Assembly (NCBI GenBank): GCA_951406725.2
Contig: OX597816.1
Coordinates: 59,644,001 to 59,708,000 of the forward strand
Direction: 5' to 3'
Origin: Octopus vulgaris
Taxonomy: Eukaryota
DNA length: 64,000 bases
Within the stretch, counting starts at the first letter, position 1. Every line of letters begins with the position of its first letter. The notes beneath the pieces are model-generated. The model had not been told where the DNA came from. It ran no database searches and saw only the letters and a list, made by a program, of their open reading frames with translations. Positions 38,322 to 52,590 of this stretch are shown here, in pieces. Both the position numbers and the translations under genes were made by a program.

Positions 38322-40929
38322 GATGGACTCTTTTCAGTCTCTGTCAACCAAATCCACTCGCAAGGCTTTGGTCTGCTCGAGGCTCGGGTATAAGACACTT
38401 GCCTGAGGTGCTCTGCAATGGGACTGAACCTGGAACCATGTGGTTTAGAAGCAAGCTTCCTACCATACAGCTGCTCCTGTGCCTAATATTTGTTTTTCTT
38501 AAAAATCTGCCAGATAATGCCAATTTTACAGTGTACATGGCTCATATTTTGTGGTACTAGCGCTAGTGAGATTTCCAAGTAACTCGCAAAACAAGCCTTT
38601 TCAACTGTATTTGAGAAGGAGGTTGCAGTAGGGACAGGAATAGATGTTTTACTATAGAGGAGATCCATGGTTATCTCACTTGGAAAGAGATAAAGATGGG
38701 AGTGATGAAGTGTCAAGATGTGTATCCTCTAGAGATATTTTCCAGATTTCAGACTTTCTCATCAAAGTAATATCATCATCCAGTGTTTTAAATCCAGGTT
38801 TTGTCCCCATTAACGGGTGTAGCTGAATCTACCTCAATGCTATAGCAACTGCCTTCGCATCATCTCGCCAGGTTTTGGGCATCCTCCTTTCTCAAACCAA
38901 CCCTCCCAATCTCCACTTTTTCCTCAGTCTACCTCGCTTTCACAGTTCATTTTTCTCAAATGCAAGCACCCCCCTCAGAACATGCTCCTCACTCTCCTCA
39001 ACACATGTCCATACCACCGCACTCCATTCGCCCTTGCCAGCCGTTCCAGCATTCCCATCAAGTCCTCAGTCCTCCTCTTATCAAACATTGTCACCCCATA
39101 CATTTCTCTCACCATGAATGAAGATAGTGTGATGCAAACTGACCCTTGATCATTAAGTATAGGACCCAGGTATGAGTGTGTGGTTAAGTTCTCACTGCAT
39201 CACTTTGGAGAAGTGTCATCTAGTGTAGCTTGGGGGTTGACCAAACCCTTGAAATTTAGAAACTAGAAACTGTATAGAAACCAGTCAGTGGGACCATTTG
39301 TATTCTTGATTGTTCAGCTTTAATGCCACCACCTAGCCCTAATTTTCTTTTAACAGGGTCCATTCTCTGTTGCAAGCATTTAGGCCAGGTCTCTGTTGCT
39401 GCTCATCTCAAAGATTCCAAATTAAAAAATACATTAGTAAGGATGTGCATATTGTAGAGTGATAGCTAAAAGGTGCAGTTGTGCATAGAACAATGTGGTG
39501 GTTGCCCCATTAACTCTGTTTGCTTTCTTCCTATTTCTCTTTTTCACCCATCTATCATGGTTCTTCCTCTCATCGCTCTTTTTCTTCTTTTGTGTTACAT
39601 TCTAACATTGCTCTCTCTATAAATATATATATTCTCTTAGTCATGTCCTCTTACATATGTCTCAGTGTTGAGTACCCTTGTCATGTGTTCCCTTCTACTG
39701 CCCTGTGCTTTGCTATAACTCTACTGTCTTTTCACTGTCACTGTGTTTAGCTGTCATGTGACTAAGGAACAGTGGATTCCTCTTCACTGCACCATGCTCC
39801 CATTGTAATTAGGGATATCTCTAGCCTATTCTGGTCCTCTCACCTCTCCAACATTTTGTCTTCTCTCTCATCTCGTACCCATCTCAAAGTATATCTACTA
39901 TTACTCCCCCTATACTACCCCCTCCCTGCTTATATCTTTCTGGCTGATATTGCCTTAGACAATTTCAAGGGGAACATGAATGGCATAAATCCCACTGGTT
40001 TGAGAGGGCCTGTGAAGACCAGGGACACTGCTTCGTTCTCTAAAACCAACAAGTAAAAAATTATATTCTAGATTGTCAATGAAAAGGTGTAGATTTTACA
40101 TGGAATTATCTTGAAATTCTTTTACATTAGTCTCCTCATCTTTTTACTTCCATGTTCCATGCTGTCATGGGTTGGATGCTTTGACATGATCCAATGAGTC
40201 TAAGGGCTGCATTATGCTCCACTGTCAACTTTGGAACAGTTTCTACAGCGTGATGCTTTTCCTGTCAACCACTCAACAGCATGTGCTGGGTGTTTTTTTT
40301 TTCTTTCTTTTCGTGTGTGTGAGGGCTTGTAAGACTGAATCACATGAGGTGGCTTTATACTAGGAGATTAGTGCTTAAAGTATAAGAAAGGACCAGGGAA
40401 GAATGGGTCTTTTGTCTTGGACTACATAGCAACTCCTATTAAAGAAGATAGGGTGGGAAATGATCAGGATGGAGCTAGAAAGTGATTAAAAAAATAGTGG
40501 GGATAAGTTGTCTGTGTAGTCGCTCAAAGTGTGATGGCAGATGAACTGGGAATAAGGATGGATAGAGATTGTGATAGTAGAGGAAAATGAAAGATGGGAA
40601 TGGGTGAGGTGGTGAATATGGTGAATGAGTTTGTAAATTTTTAAAATTTTACTGTTATGTGTATGTATATATAATCTGTGGAAAGATCTGTTTACTAAAA
40701 TTAATAAATGATGTTTGTTTTCAAAGAATCTATAATATTTTGAATGGTTAAAAAATATAGACTTCAGATTCCAATATTACCAGAGTTTATGAACTTTGAA
40801 TTTTCTTGAGCTTTTTAATAATAGTTAACCATTTTTAACAGTATATGAAGATGGTGTTGCAGTAATGTGATCTAGAATGAAATTTAATCTTCTGTTAGAA
40901 CTGCTGATATTTTAGTGTTTGTTATCTAG

Positions 40930-40950
40930 GTCCCAGAAGATAGACAGATG
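40930..40950 (+). CDS. Candidate 21-nt symmetric (phase 2-2) micro-exon encoding (W)SQKIDR
   Basis: tttgttatctag|GTCCCAGAAGATAGACAGATG|gtacgc; in frame with the 29650 exon. Confidence 0.4.
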
Positions 40951-42059
40951 GTACGCAAGCTTTCATAGTTTCAGTTGAGAAAGAATTGTGTCTCAAACTG
41001 TAGAATAACCTTATCTCTGTTTGTATTAGGGTTTTGGAGCTTTTCTGCCTCCCTTTTAACGGAGAAGTTAGTTACAATTTAGTGAATCTAATTTTTGCCA
41101 GCAGTTCAGTCATGTCTCTAACAAAAATTCTATTGTGGAGAGGAGTGGGGACAGACGATAGGAATATGTTTATACTTTAGGAAGTGTAGTCTTCCCAATA
41201 ATCTCTCTTTCAATATAAACTGAACAACAGTTTCTCTGTATTCAGGCTGAACAGCCATGAAAGATAATCTCTGTGTTTGCATTTCCTTGCCAATGTAAGT
41301 GGAAAGCAACAAGCTATATTAATATATGTAATTATGAAGATGTCCAGCTTCTGTTGGCAGGATTAAAATCCAAGTTGGATGGCCTGTTACAAATCTGAAA
41401 TGATCTTTAAATTAAATATTGGTTTCAAATTTTGGCCCAAGGCCACCAATTTCAGGGAAGGACATAAGTACTAGCTGAGCATTGGGGTTGATTTTATTGA
41501 CTTATTCTATTAACCCCCCCAAAAAGATGAAAGGCAAAGTCAACCATGGCAGAATTTGAACTTAGAACATCAAGATGGATGAACTCTGCTAAGCATTTTG
41601 CTTGGTATGATAACAATTCTGCCAGCTTGCCATCTTCAACATGAAGCTTAAATTATATAGATAACGAAATAATTTTATTCTCAAACGCAGGATAATGCTA
41701 ATAATATAACATGAACAGGATAAATTACCCATATTTTGCAGAAAAATGTGTCAGCAGCCAGCCATGAGACTCGAATGCTTTACCTTTAAGCTAAACTGAC
41801 CCAGCGACAAATTCTTCTGCAAATTTAGGATATATAAATCTATAAGACACTATTGTTAAATTAAAATTACGATGAAAGTAAACGAAGTTATCTACAGTGA
41901 GAATCTGAATGGTCTTGTTTAGAAATTAAACTTTTCTCATCTTTATTTTCTTTTGTTGTATATCCCTGGGTTAAGTTTGAACATAGAATATTTGTTGTTG
42001 GTGATGATAATGATAAAGGTGCTGCTTGTTTTCGATTCTTATGCTACAGTCCCATAGGC

Positions 42060-42337
42060 CAGTGCTACTCAAAGTAGTGGACCGTTGCCGGTCCGTGAGC
42101 CATCAGCTGCTGGTGTGCAGCGAATTTCCAGAAAAGAAACATAAAATGCTTACGTAATATTGTACTTATTTGTTTACAAAATAAATATAAGATAAAAAAA
42201 AATTGTCAACCTTTATTATGTTCATTATATATACTGTTTCCGGTATAAATTAATATTACTAAGAAATATTACTAGTCCCAGACACATTGGAAAAAAAAAC
42301 TGCCGGTATGCCACATCAGATAGTTTGAGAAGCACTG
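42060..42337. mobile_element. hAT (Charlie-type) MITE
   Basis: TIRs CAGTGCTACTCAAA and TTTGAGAAGCACTG with a perfect 8-bp TSD CCATAGGC. Confidence 0.92.
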
Positions 42338-45300
42338 CCATAGGCTACAGAGAGCTAGAGCCTTACAACATAGATAGGTTGATATATAGGTTTAATTCTC
42401 CTCTTCATTACTATTCTAATGCCTCCTTTTCCATACTTCCATTGGTTAGACAGTCTATTGATGCAAATTTTCTAGGATTGGATGCCTTACTTGTTTTCAA
42501 ACAAGGTAATAGTTCCCCATGGCCAGACATGATTTTTCTGATTATTGGAAATGAATAACACTGCTTATATGACAGTGAGATTCAATCATATGATATAAAG
42601 TCAAGGAGACACACGTGTGCAATACGCTTTTCTCAGTTTCTGTCTATCAAATCCATTCACAAGGCTTTGGTTGACCTGGGCTATAGTAGACACTTGTCCA
42701 AGGTTCCACACAGTGGGATTGAACCCCAGAAAACTGCCTTGTGGAGGTAATTTTAATTCTTTACTTTGCTGTCTCTAACAGATTAAGAGTGGATCCCACA
42801 TACATGGGATGTAGTCAATTATATAAATTGTTTATCAATTGGTGAAAGCATTTTTTACTCACAAAATTTGTTTTTCCATAGAAGTTTTAAAAATACCACT
42901 TAAAATATTTATCTTTTGACAAATATTTTAGTTTTCTTAATTCCTCTCTTTTTATATAAGCCTTTGTTTTATTCTTTGCATACTTTGTACATAAGCATAT
43001 AATGTATTTGATGGCATATTAGATGCTCCCCTCCCACCAAAAAATGACTCAATCTGTTATCCCAGGTTCTGTATGAAGTTGAACTCCCTATAAGCTAATT
43101 TTGTCTCTGATGTTCACGTTTTGCTGAATATGTGCTCTTGAAATTGGAGTGTGTTTTATGCTATGAAGTGCAGTATAGATGCTTTGTACATAATGCAAGA
43201 AAACCTTCACTGTATGTCTTTTATTTAGTCTTGAATTGTCTGTGACCACTTAAATTCTCAACAGCCTTGCACATCAACGTCACTCACTCTAAATACATAA
43301 GTGAGATTAAATGATTCACTGACTTGTTGAGTTCAGTTTTTCATAGCAGAAGAGTTACTTACAAGGCACTGACATTCTGTTGTGTAAAACGTCTTCTATA
43401 TATGATGCTATGGAAATCACAAGGACATTGTTCTGAACTATAAAGACGGGGAGTGAAATACTAAATATTGTAGAATTTACTCTGCTCTTAATTCTCTACT
43501 TTAACCATATCATGCCATGTTCTTGGTGTAGTGAGAATAGCCTCAACGTAATCTCTACCAGATTCCCAGTGGTAATGAACAACACACAACAATAGAGAAA
43601 AAGAAGATAAAATACTCAAACTAGACAACTGATCCACATTGCAGCTTTGCAGTCAGCTGTGTTTATGACTCATTGTTAATGATGTCTCCCTATAGCTGTT
43701 GTTTACGTTTGTTTTTAATCAATTTTTTTGTTGTTTTTTTTTTTTTTTTTGCAATGAAGTGAACATGTAACGAACCCAGCACTGGTAAACAAGTAAGACC
43801 TAAACTCTTCACAGTTGAGGAAATTATTGATATTTATTCTTTGGATGAAGAGTTTACCCTTATGCAGACAAACTGGTGAAAGAGATTAGGAAAGTTGCAA
43901 TTAGGGTGAACAAATACAGCAGTTGAGAGAGAGACCCATTATTGTTATTCTCCTGAAGTTTTTTTTTTTTTTTTTGTGATTCTCTCCATTAGTTTGCCTT
44001 GAGTTACATATGCACCTGTTTACTTTTTTGTTGCTCAGGAGCCCAAGTAGAGGGTAAAATTAGACACAGGGACCCCGGTCAGTTTAAAACATTTCTAAAC
44101 ACAATTTGTTGTAATCTAGTTACTTAGACTTCAGGGATAAGGCTTCATTTTCTGTTGTCATTCACTGTCTTTAACACTAACAACTAAGATATATATCTCA
44201 TTTTATGTGTGTGTGTGTGTGTGAGATGAGTCACAGTAGGCTTGGCCATGGGTTCAGAAGTTTGCTTTACAAACTTTATGATCCTAGGTTTACTGTGTGA
44301 CACTTTGCACAAGTATTTTCAATCAATGACAGGAGTTGACCTTAATGAAATTTTGTAGTGTGTATATGTATGATTATTGATAAGAAATTGCAAATAAATC
44401 ACTGTAAAAAGAAGAAAAAAAAAGCAATCTATCCAAGCTACTCAAACACTTTTTTTGTTATAAATGTAGTGAGCCATAGGTTTGGTTGGCTGTGTGGTGA
44501 AAAAGCTTGCTTCCCAATCATGTGATCTGAAGTTCAGTCCAACTCCATGGCACCTTGGGCATATGTCTTCTATTTATAGCTCCAGGCCAACTGAAGATGC
44601 AAGTGGATTTGGTAGATGTAAACTGTAAAAAAAGCCTGTGTGAGTGTTTGTTTGTAAGTGCCCTTGTCTTGGTATCATGTGAATTAGAAAATGGAATCTA
44701 AAACATTAGCTTTATAAGAGTGATAGTAAACAAGCATCACTCTTATACAGCCATTGCTTCCGATTCCTGTCAGGCCATGGGGAGATATTGCCTTTCTTGG
44801 AAACTGGTTTGGGTTGGTGACAAGAAGAGTATCGGGCTGTAGAAAGAAAAAATCTGCCTTGAAGAATTTCCTCTGCCCCATGCAAGCATTGAAGAGTGGA
44901 CATTAAACGATGATGATGAACCAATGATTGGTTATAGTAAAACAAAGAGATAATGAAAAAGTATTTTTATCTAAACTGATAAATCTTGGGTGTTTCTCAG
45001 AATGTTTGGTCTGTCGGTGTATTATGTTCCAATGCTAGGAACCACATGTAGTAGCAGAGGTGTTATTTGTGAGAGATTTAAATATTGGCTACTAGTTTCT
45101 TCATAGGTGGAACCACATGAATCCTAGAGAAAGTAAATTCATTAATCTACTGATTTCAATGAAGCTAATTGAATTATTATTCACCTCTCCCACTTAATAG
45201 TAGTTTAGCCAAGTTAGTGTCATTAGACTTAATGTAGTCATGGGGTGGGGAGAGAAATTTTAATTAGTAATGCTTATAACAATGAGAAAACATTAGTGCT

Positions 45301-46668
45301 GTGATTAATATTAATTCAGCCTAATTCAATCTTGGTAAGTACAGCTAGTTACACAAGACATGTTGGGTCTTATTAGATCATCTCCTCAAAGCAGCCTTCT
45401 TTATACTTGTCACATTGGTGATAGAACATTCCCTGTATTGATGTATAATAATGTATAGAGGGAGGGTGTTGCATTCATGATTGCAACACACCATGTTTTT
45501 TTTTTTCAATTCCAGACTAGGAAGTGTGTTGTGTACTTGAGCAAAACTTAATTTCATTTTAAGTCCACTCAGTTGTAAATCAGTAACCCTGTGACAGACT
45601 GGCATTTCATTCAGGGGGCATGTTGTGATCTTGTTTGCTTGTTCACCATAGAAACTGGGTTAAGCCATTCCTTTGTGTCCTAGTACTCAAGACTGTAATG
45701 TCCAGGGGATTCATGTTGACTTGAGTATCAACACTAGCATAAGAATTGAGTTAAATTACTCAGGTCTCCCGCTATAGTTGCATGTAAGTTAACTTGGAAA
45801 GGTACTGGGTTCAAATGTCTGTAATCAGCAATGGAACCGATATTCTGAGAGTCAGGAAAGCTGTGTTTAAGAAGACTTAATCAACGTTTCTGTTGTTACT
45901 AACCCATCATTTATGCAGGTAGATTAAGACATTATCCAAGATGTCCCCTCTTTGATTTTAAGATGTTAGCATGTAATTTGAGTGTTCTTTGCCCTCAAAT
46001 CATTATAGATTCTATATTCCTCATAGTTATTGATTACAAATTTTGGCACAATGCCAGCAATTTTTGGGAGAGGATAAGTCAATTGCATCAACCCCAGTAC
46101 ACAACTGGTACTTGTTTTATCAACCCCAAAAAGATGAAAGGCAAAGTCAACCTTGGAATTTGAACTCGGTGTGAATTCCTCCTAGTTATTGAATTTGTCA
46201 GACACTTCATTAGTCTTTACAAATAGAGGACTATCACTAGTTTTCCCTGGTTTCCAGATTTTATACCAAGTAAATTATTGTTACTAATAATTATCACTTA
46301 GCGTCCACTTTCCATGCTGGCATGGGTTAGATGGATTGACAAGATCTGGAGAGCTACAGAGCCATGTGGAGCTCTAGTGTCAACTTTCAGCTTGGTTTCT
46401 ACAGCTAGATTCCCTTCCAAAACCAAACCTTTTACAGTGTGTACTGGATGTTTTGTTTTTTGGTACCACCACCACCACTAGTGATGTTACCAAGTAACAT
46501 GTAAGACAAAAGAACAAGTGTTGTGGTAGGGGAGACCTCAACTAAATAGGGGTGAGGGGTAATATTTGAGGGGGAGAATTTCTCATAATCTTCAGAATTA
46601 TGAAAACAGACATCAGTTATAACTTGCTTTGAAATAATTCATTAATTCAGTAAACACTAAAAGTGTTG

Positions 46669-47082
46669 GAGTAAAGATTGTTTGCCGACATAACATGGCA
46701 GTCCTAGTTTAGGACAAATGTTGTTGTAATTTAGCCCCAGGAGACATTGTCTCCAGCTGGCTATACGACATGATCTGTGTCCTTATATTTTCAAACAAGG
46801 GAATCTAGCACCCCCACTCGGCTCAAAACAATATCTGTGTATCACGATTTCCGGGATATTTCCCTTCAGCAGCACAAAACAATTGTTCGGTTAAAGGTGG
46901 TGCTACCAAATTCCTGTTCGAAATATAGAGTTTTCAAAGTGACAACTAGTCACTGATCTACAAATGAGAAAATTACTATTTTTAAATCTCACCAGGACTG
47001 CCATGTTATGTTGGCAAACAATCTTTACTCCAAAATACTGTTGCTGAACATCTCTCGCTGTGAGATTTAAAAATAGTAATTT
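46669..47082 (-). mobile_element. Family F retrozyme-like insertion with a 13-bp TSD and a terminal inversion
   Basis: TSD ACTAAAAGTGTTG at 46656-46668 and 47083-47095. Minus-strand hammerhead at 46835-46877. Segment 46991-47082 is inverted. Confidence 0.85.
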
Positions 47083-47977
47083 ACTAAAAGTGTTGTTGAA
47101 TTTAAATGTATTCAAAGTGTATTACAGGTCAATTTGGAGGTCCATTAATTGTATTAGCCCTTCAGCATTCAGATTACCCTGTCAAATCTAATGCTAATTT
47201 ATTCACATTGTTTTGAATCTTGTATTATCTTGTAGCTTCAGGATTTCAATGATGTGATTGTTTATTTTTAGAAAGACATTGTAGGGTAGATGTGAGAGGT
47301 TGGATGTGGCTGGTTTGAACATAAAACAGAAAGTTTGGGCTGGATATGCTAAAGGAACACTAAAGGGTTAATCTTAAGCAAACTCAATTGTTTTGGTTTT
47401 AACATTGAGCTTAGAGCTTGTGGTCTTTCTTTTTCCCCTTCTTCACTTTCTTCAGAAGTGGAAGTATTGTTTCGGAAATGTCTTTTTCGACAATTAACAT
47501 AAATAAGTAATTTGTTGTTCCAACAAAGGAGTCCCCTCCCCATTCTGCTACCATTTCAGTTAATTTGTTAATGTATCTTTTGTATTTAGTTTCTGAATGC
47601 CTACATCTTGTTTCAGTTATTAGATTATAGCCATGCTGAAGCACTGCGTTGGAGAATTTTACTCAAACCCAAACCAGGACTTATTTTTTAAATTTGGTAT
47701 TTTATCAGTCTCATGTTGAACTGCTAAGTTATGAGGATACAAACAAACAAACACCATTTGTCAAGTGATGATGGGGACAAACACACGACTGGCTTCCAAT
47801 TTCTGTCTACTAAATTCATTCCTGGGGCCATATTGGGATGTCACGCAGTGAGACTGAACTTGAAATCATGTACTTGTGAAGTGAACTACTTAACCACACA
47901 CACACATGCATGCCTGCATCTATCCATGTATTCATTATTCTGCTGAGTTATTTGTTTATTGATATTTACTGATTCTG

Positions 47978-48491
47978 CAAGATCTGATAAAAAGTATCGG
48001 AATTGTTGCTATGGTAACGGAGCTAAAGCATGCAGAGTGAAGCCACCTGGCACAGATTGTCCTTGAACTCCGTCACACATGCGCACCAAATTATAACATT
48101 CCCGCCCACTTCCATTGTTTATACACATGTAGTAAGGTAGGGTTAGGGTGTGGTTGTCTCACCACATCACAGAGGTTCCGTCAGTGACCATGCCAGAGAA
48201 ATTGCATCAAATTTTGCCAAAAGCTGGGTGTTGGCTGTGCAATTTTCTCTTTTCAAGTCCTACTTGAAAGGAATAAGGTTTTAAGATGCCAAGGAAACCC
48301 AAGAGAATGAGATGAGGAAGCCGCTCACTATTAAAAAAACAGAGTTACAGAAATGCTTCCATAAATGGAAATGGTGCTGGATAAAGTGAGTGGCTTCAAA
48401 AGGGGGCTACTTCAAAGCAGATTAAATGCCAAATTGATGCCATAGTTTTCTCTTTATAGCACCAGTCACAATACTTTTTGATCAGACCTTG
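47978..48491 (+). mobile_element. Internally deleted mariner transposon
   Basis: Degenerate TIRs CAAG(A/G)TCTGAT(C)AAAAAGTAT and a right TA. Relic peptides CIKFCQKLG and QKCFHKWKWCWIK..KGGYF. Confidence 0.8.
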
Positions 48492-49091
48492 TATTACCAT
48501 TTAGAAATCCTAATTGTGGAGATGGTATTGTTTTAGCTGATGTTATGGTTAACATCAAAATGAAACCAATTATAAGTTTGACTACATTTTTGCATCAGAT
48601 TCTGTTTTGATGATGTGAAGATTGATTTTTTTTTTTCTTACTATATACTGCATGTATATTGATTACTTTAGATCTGTTTTCTAACATCTACCATTACTCG
48701 ATTCTGGAAGAGAAGACTTTACCAGACTAAACATTTGCATGTTCTGGGAGCAAGTATTTAAAATTTTGTCACATTATTTTAACCCTTAACATGTTTTATG
48801 CTCAGACCTGTCCAATTCAGCCTTCACACCTACTATATACTGTCATACTAAAAATATACATTCACATCATTGAAATCTTGATGCTATAAGATAATACATG
48901 TTTAAATCAAACTAGTTTCAATAAGTAAGCATTATGTTTGACAATAATCTGAGTGCTAAAGGGTTAAACAGCTCAACAGTGAAGAGGAGATATAGATGCA
49001 ATGTGTCTTTGCAAAGGCATTAATTTGAGACATTTTCTATTAAAAATTATTTTCAAGAAATTAGCTAGTATTTTTTTTCTTCCGTTTAGAC

Positions 49092-49404
49092 CAGGGGTGG
49101 CCAACCTGAGGCCTGCAGATTTTATCTTGTGGCCCACTTGATACTTTCTTGAAATGGATTTATTTAAGCAAACATTTTTAGAATTTCGTCAAAAATGAAA
49201 GCTTGTAATGAAAAGTAAAAAAGAAAGATACTACTGTTTTTGCAACGATAATGTTTCATGTTGAATCAATGATCATTCATTCATTATTGTAATAATAAGC
49301 ATGAGAAAGCAAAATCTTTTCAATTCTCTCTGTATACAAATGGCCCTCAAAAAATGTTCTGTGATTAAGATGGTCCGCAATGTAATTCAAGTTGACCAGG
49401 CCTG
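49092..49404. mobile_element. hAT MITE
   Basis: CAGGGGTGGCCAAC...GTTGACCAGGCCTG with an 8-bp TSD GTTTAGAC/GTTTACAC. Confidence 0.85.
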
Positions 49405-50152
49405 GTTTACACTGGTTTCATGTGCATGAAACTTGTGTAAAGAGTTGAAATTTAGCCAAAGGTCATTTCAGCAGCAAAATGCAGCATTATATGTCAGATG
49501 TCTGAACAGATTTATCATTAACAGTTTCAATAGTGATGACTGTCTTTTCCTCTTCAATATTCTGTATCCAAGGACAGACTTTATTCTAAAATAGACTGCA
49601 TTTGGATTTTAATCTCATTTCAGTCATTAGCCAGCAGCCATGTCGGGGCATCACCTTGAAGAATTCCAGTCAAACAAATTGAACCCCAGTACTTATTTTT
49701 TTAGCCTGGTTCTTATTCTAACTGTCTCTTTTGCTGGGCAGCTAAGTTGCAGGGACATAAACTTAACACCAGTTGTCAAGTGGTGGTGGGTACACACACA
49801 GATATATGCTTCTTTCAGTTTCCATTTACCAAATCCACTCCGAAGGTTTTGGTTGGCCCGAGGCTATTGTAGGAGGCACTTGTCCAAGTTGCCATGCAAT
49901 GGGTCTGAACCCAGAGCTATGTGGTTGGGAAGCAAACTTCTTACCTCAGCCATGCCTGCATGCATTCATACATATTTTGCAACAAGTGTACAAAATGCTG
50001 CTTTAAATCTACAACTGACCCAACATTTGTACATTTATTTGCAGGCCTGATTTGATAAGATTGTTTTCAGTTTTATGACCAGATTCCATTTTAAGACATG
50101 TCTTATGATACCAAAGGGACATGAAACTATCTAATGTTTGAATGCTGATAAT

Positions 50153-50374
50153 TTAACCCTTTTAGCATTCAGATTACTGGCAAATGTAATGCTTATTTAC
50201 ACACATTGTTTCGAATTAATCCTGTGTTATCCCGTGGCTTTGAGATTTCAATGAAATGATTGTTTATTTTTAGGATGACATTATAGGATAGGTGTGAAAG
50301 GTCATATCTGGCCAGTTTGAGCATAAAACAGAATATTTGGGTCTGATTCGACTGGCTTAAATGCTAAAAGGTTA
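50153..50374. mobile_element. piggyBac-type MITE (~220 bp); other copies near 33480, 47155, 48780, 52912 and 53200/53915
   Basis: Ends TTAA-CCCTTTTAGCATT and AATGCTAAAAGG-TTA; internal sequence shared among copies. Confidence 0.75.
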
Positions 50375-51179
50375 CCTCATTTTAGTACCAACCAACCTGA
50401 CACTCTCTGGTTTCATGATCCAAAACTGTCCTTTTTTTTTTTTTCTTATTTAAGGGTTCGTATTTAAATTCAAATGTACCATCATAAACTTTATTCTAAA
50501 TAATTCAAAGGAAGAGTTAATTTTACTGAATCCATATAGATATTTAAGATTGAAACCACAGGCACTAGTTTTCATTAGAAATATCACGGATTATTGATAA
50601 AATAATGTATGTAAAATATGTGATGAACAGTTTACAAAAACTTATAAATCCTTTACTTAAACATCCATTTGTTTTTTAAAGAGTAAGGAAAAATTCTTAT
50701 ATTTTTCCTTACTCTTTAAAAAACAAAAGTATCATATGTGGTAAATCTAGTTTTGATAAAATCAAGCCATTCACTTAAAAATATTGTCAGCTGTATTCAG
50801 TATTGATTGTACCTTCACTAAAGTTGGTGCAACATTTTAAAAATCGATGTTTGCTTTTTGTCATAAAGAAAAAAAATATTCATATTAGATATTCCTTATC
50901 TTACACAATAAAAATATTGGTGGAGAACTTTACACCAACATATAGTAACTATTTTCACCTGAATGTTGTCCTAGCTTTTCAAGGTTAAATTGACCTAACA
51001 CACTGTTGCTTTGTCCCATGCACCTTTTTAGAAGCATCTTCGTTCAATTCTTGATGTGATTCTACTGAGTATATTTACCTTTACCTTGCTTTTTTCACTT
51101 CCACCTTCCCAATATGATTGTTTTAAGATATCTTTAATGTCTACAAAACATTAGTTTTCTTGGACATATATATATATAT

Positions 51180-52115
51180 ATCATCGTCATCCATGCTGAC
51201 ATGGGTTGGACGGTTTGACTGAGGACTGGTAAGACGGGAGGCTGCACCAGACTCCTATCTGATTTGGCGAAGTTTCTACAGCTGGATGCCCTTCCTAACA
51301 TCAACCACTCTGAGAGTGTTGTGGGTGCATTTTATGTGCCACAGGCATGGGAGCCAGTCTGGCGGTACTGGCATCAACCACGCTCAAATGATGCTTTTTA
51401 CGTGTCGCCAGCACAAGTGTCATTCAGACGGCACTAGCATCAGCCACAACTATGGTTTCACTTGGTTCAACAGGTCTTCACAAGCATGGCATATTGCTCA
51501 ACGATTGAAGGGTGCTTTAAAATGGACCAGTTATGTGACACTGGCATTGGCCAAAACTACATTCTCACTTGGCTTGCCGAGTCTTCTCAAGCACAGCATA
51601 TCTCCAAAAGTGTCGGTTACTTGTAGGTCTTGATAGCTTAATATATATATATATATACATATATCATCATCATCATCATTGTTTAACATCAGCTTTCCAT
51701 GCTGGCATGGGTTGTACAGTTTGACTGAGGACTGGCGAGCCAGAGGCTGCACCAGGCTCAATCAGATATCTGGCAAAGTTTCTACAGCTGGATGCTCTTC
51801 CTAATGCCAACCACTCTGGGAGTGTAGTGGGTGCTTTTTACGTGCCACTGGCACGAGGGCCAGTCAGGTGGTTCTGGCAATGACCACGCTCAAAAGGTGT
51901 TTTTATGTGCTACCTGCATGGGAGCCAGTCCAGCGGCACTGGCAACGACCACGCTTGAATGGTGTTTTTCATGTACCGGTAAGGCGACGCTTGCAATGAT
52001 TATGCTTTTTTCATGTGTCACCGGCATGGGAGCCGATCCATGGCTGTGGCAACAATCACACTCACATATACTTCTTTTAACATTCCACTGGCATGATTGC
52101 CAATCAGGCAATACT
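51180..52115 (-). mobile_element. Two tandem RTE 3' UTR fragments
   Basis: (CAT)n tails at ~51181 and ~51664 plus the conserved UTR. Confidence 0.8.
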
Positions 52116-52116
52116 G

Positions 52117-52199
<83 letters not shown>

Positions 52200-52212
52200 C
52201 ATACACACACAT

Positions 52213-52590
52213 AGGCGCAGGAGTGGCAGAGTGGTAAGTAGCTTGCTTACCAACCACATGCTTTCGGGTTCAGTCCCACTGCGTGGCACCATGGGCCAGT
52301 GTCTTCTACTATAGCCTCAGGTCGACCAAGGCCTTGTGAGTGGATTTGGTAGACGGAAACTGAAAGAAGCCGGTCGTATATATGTATATATATATATATT
52401 ATGTGTGTTTGTGTGTGTCCCCGATGCTGGTATGTTTACTTCCCTGTAACCTAGCGGTTCGGCAAAAGAGACCAATAGAATAAGTACTAGGCTTACTAAG
52501 AATAAGTCCTGGAGTCGATTTGATCGACTAAAGGCGGTGCTCCAGCATGGCTGCAGTCAAATGACTGAAACAAGTAAGAGTAAAAAAGAG
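52213..52590 (+). mobile_element. Full-length SINE family 1 copy
   Basis: A box TGGCAGAGTGG, B box GGTTCAGTCC, an internal (TA)/(TG) tract and the tail TGACTGAAACAAGTAAGAG. Confidence 0.9.

Noticed and set aside
48005-48018. RFX X-box GTTGCTATGGTAAC or a small exon
   Set aside because: It lies at the left end of the mariner relic.
52213-52285. tRNA gene (also the heads at 12464 and 56651)
   Set aside because: A/B boxes are present but there is no full cloverleaf, and the sequence continues into a SINE body.
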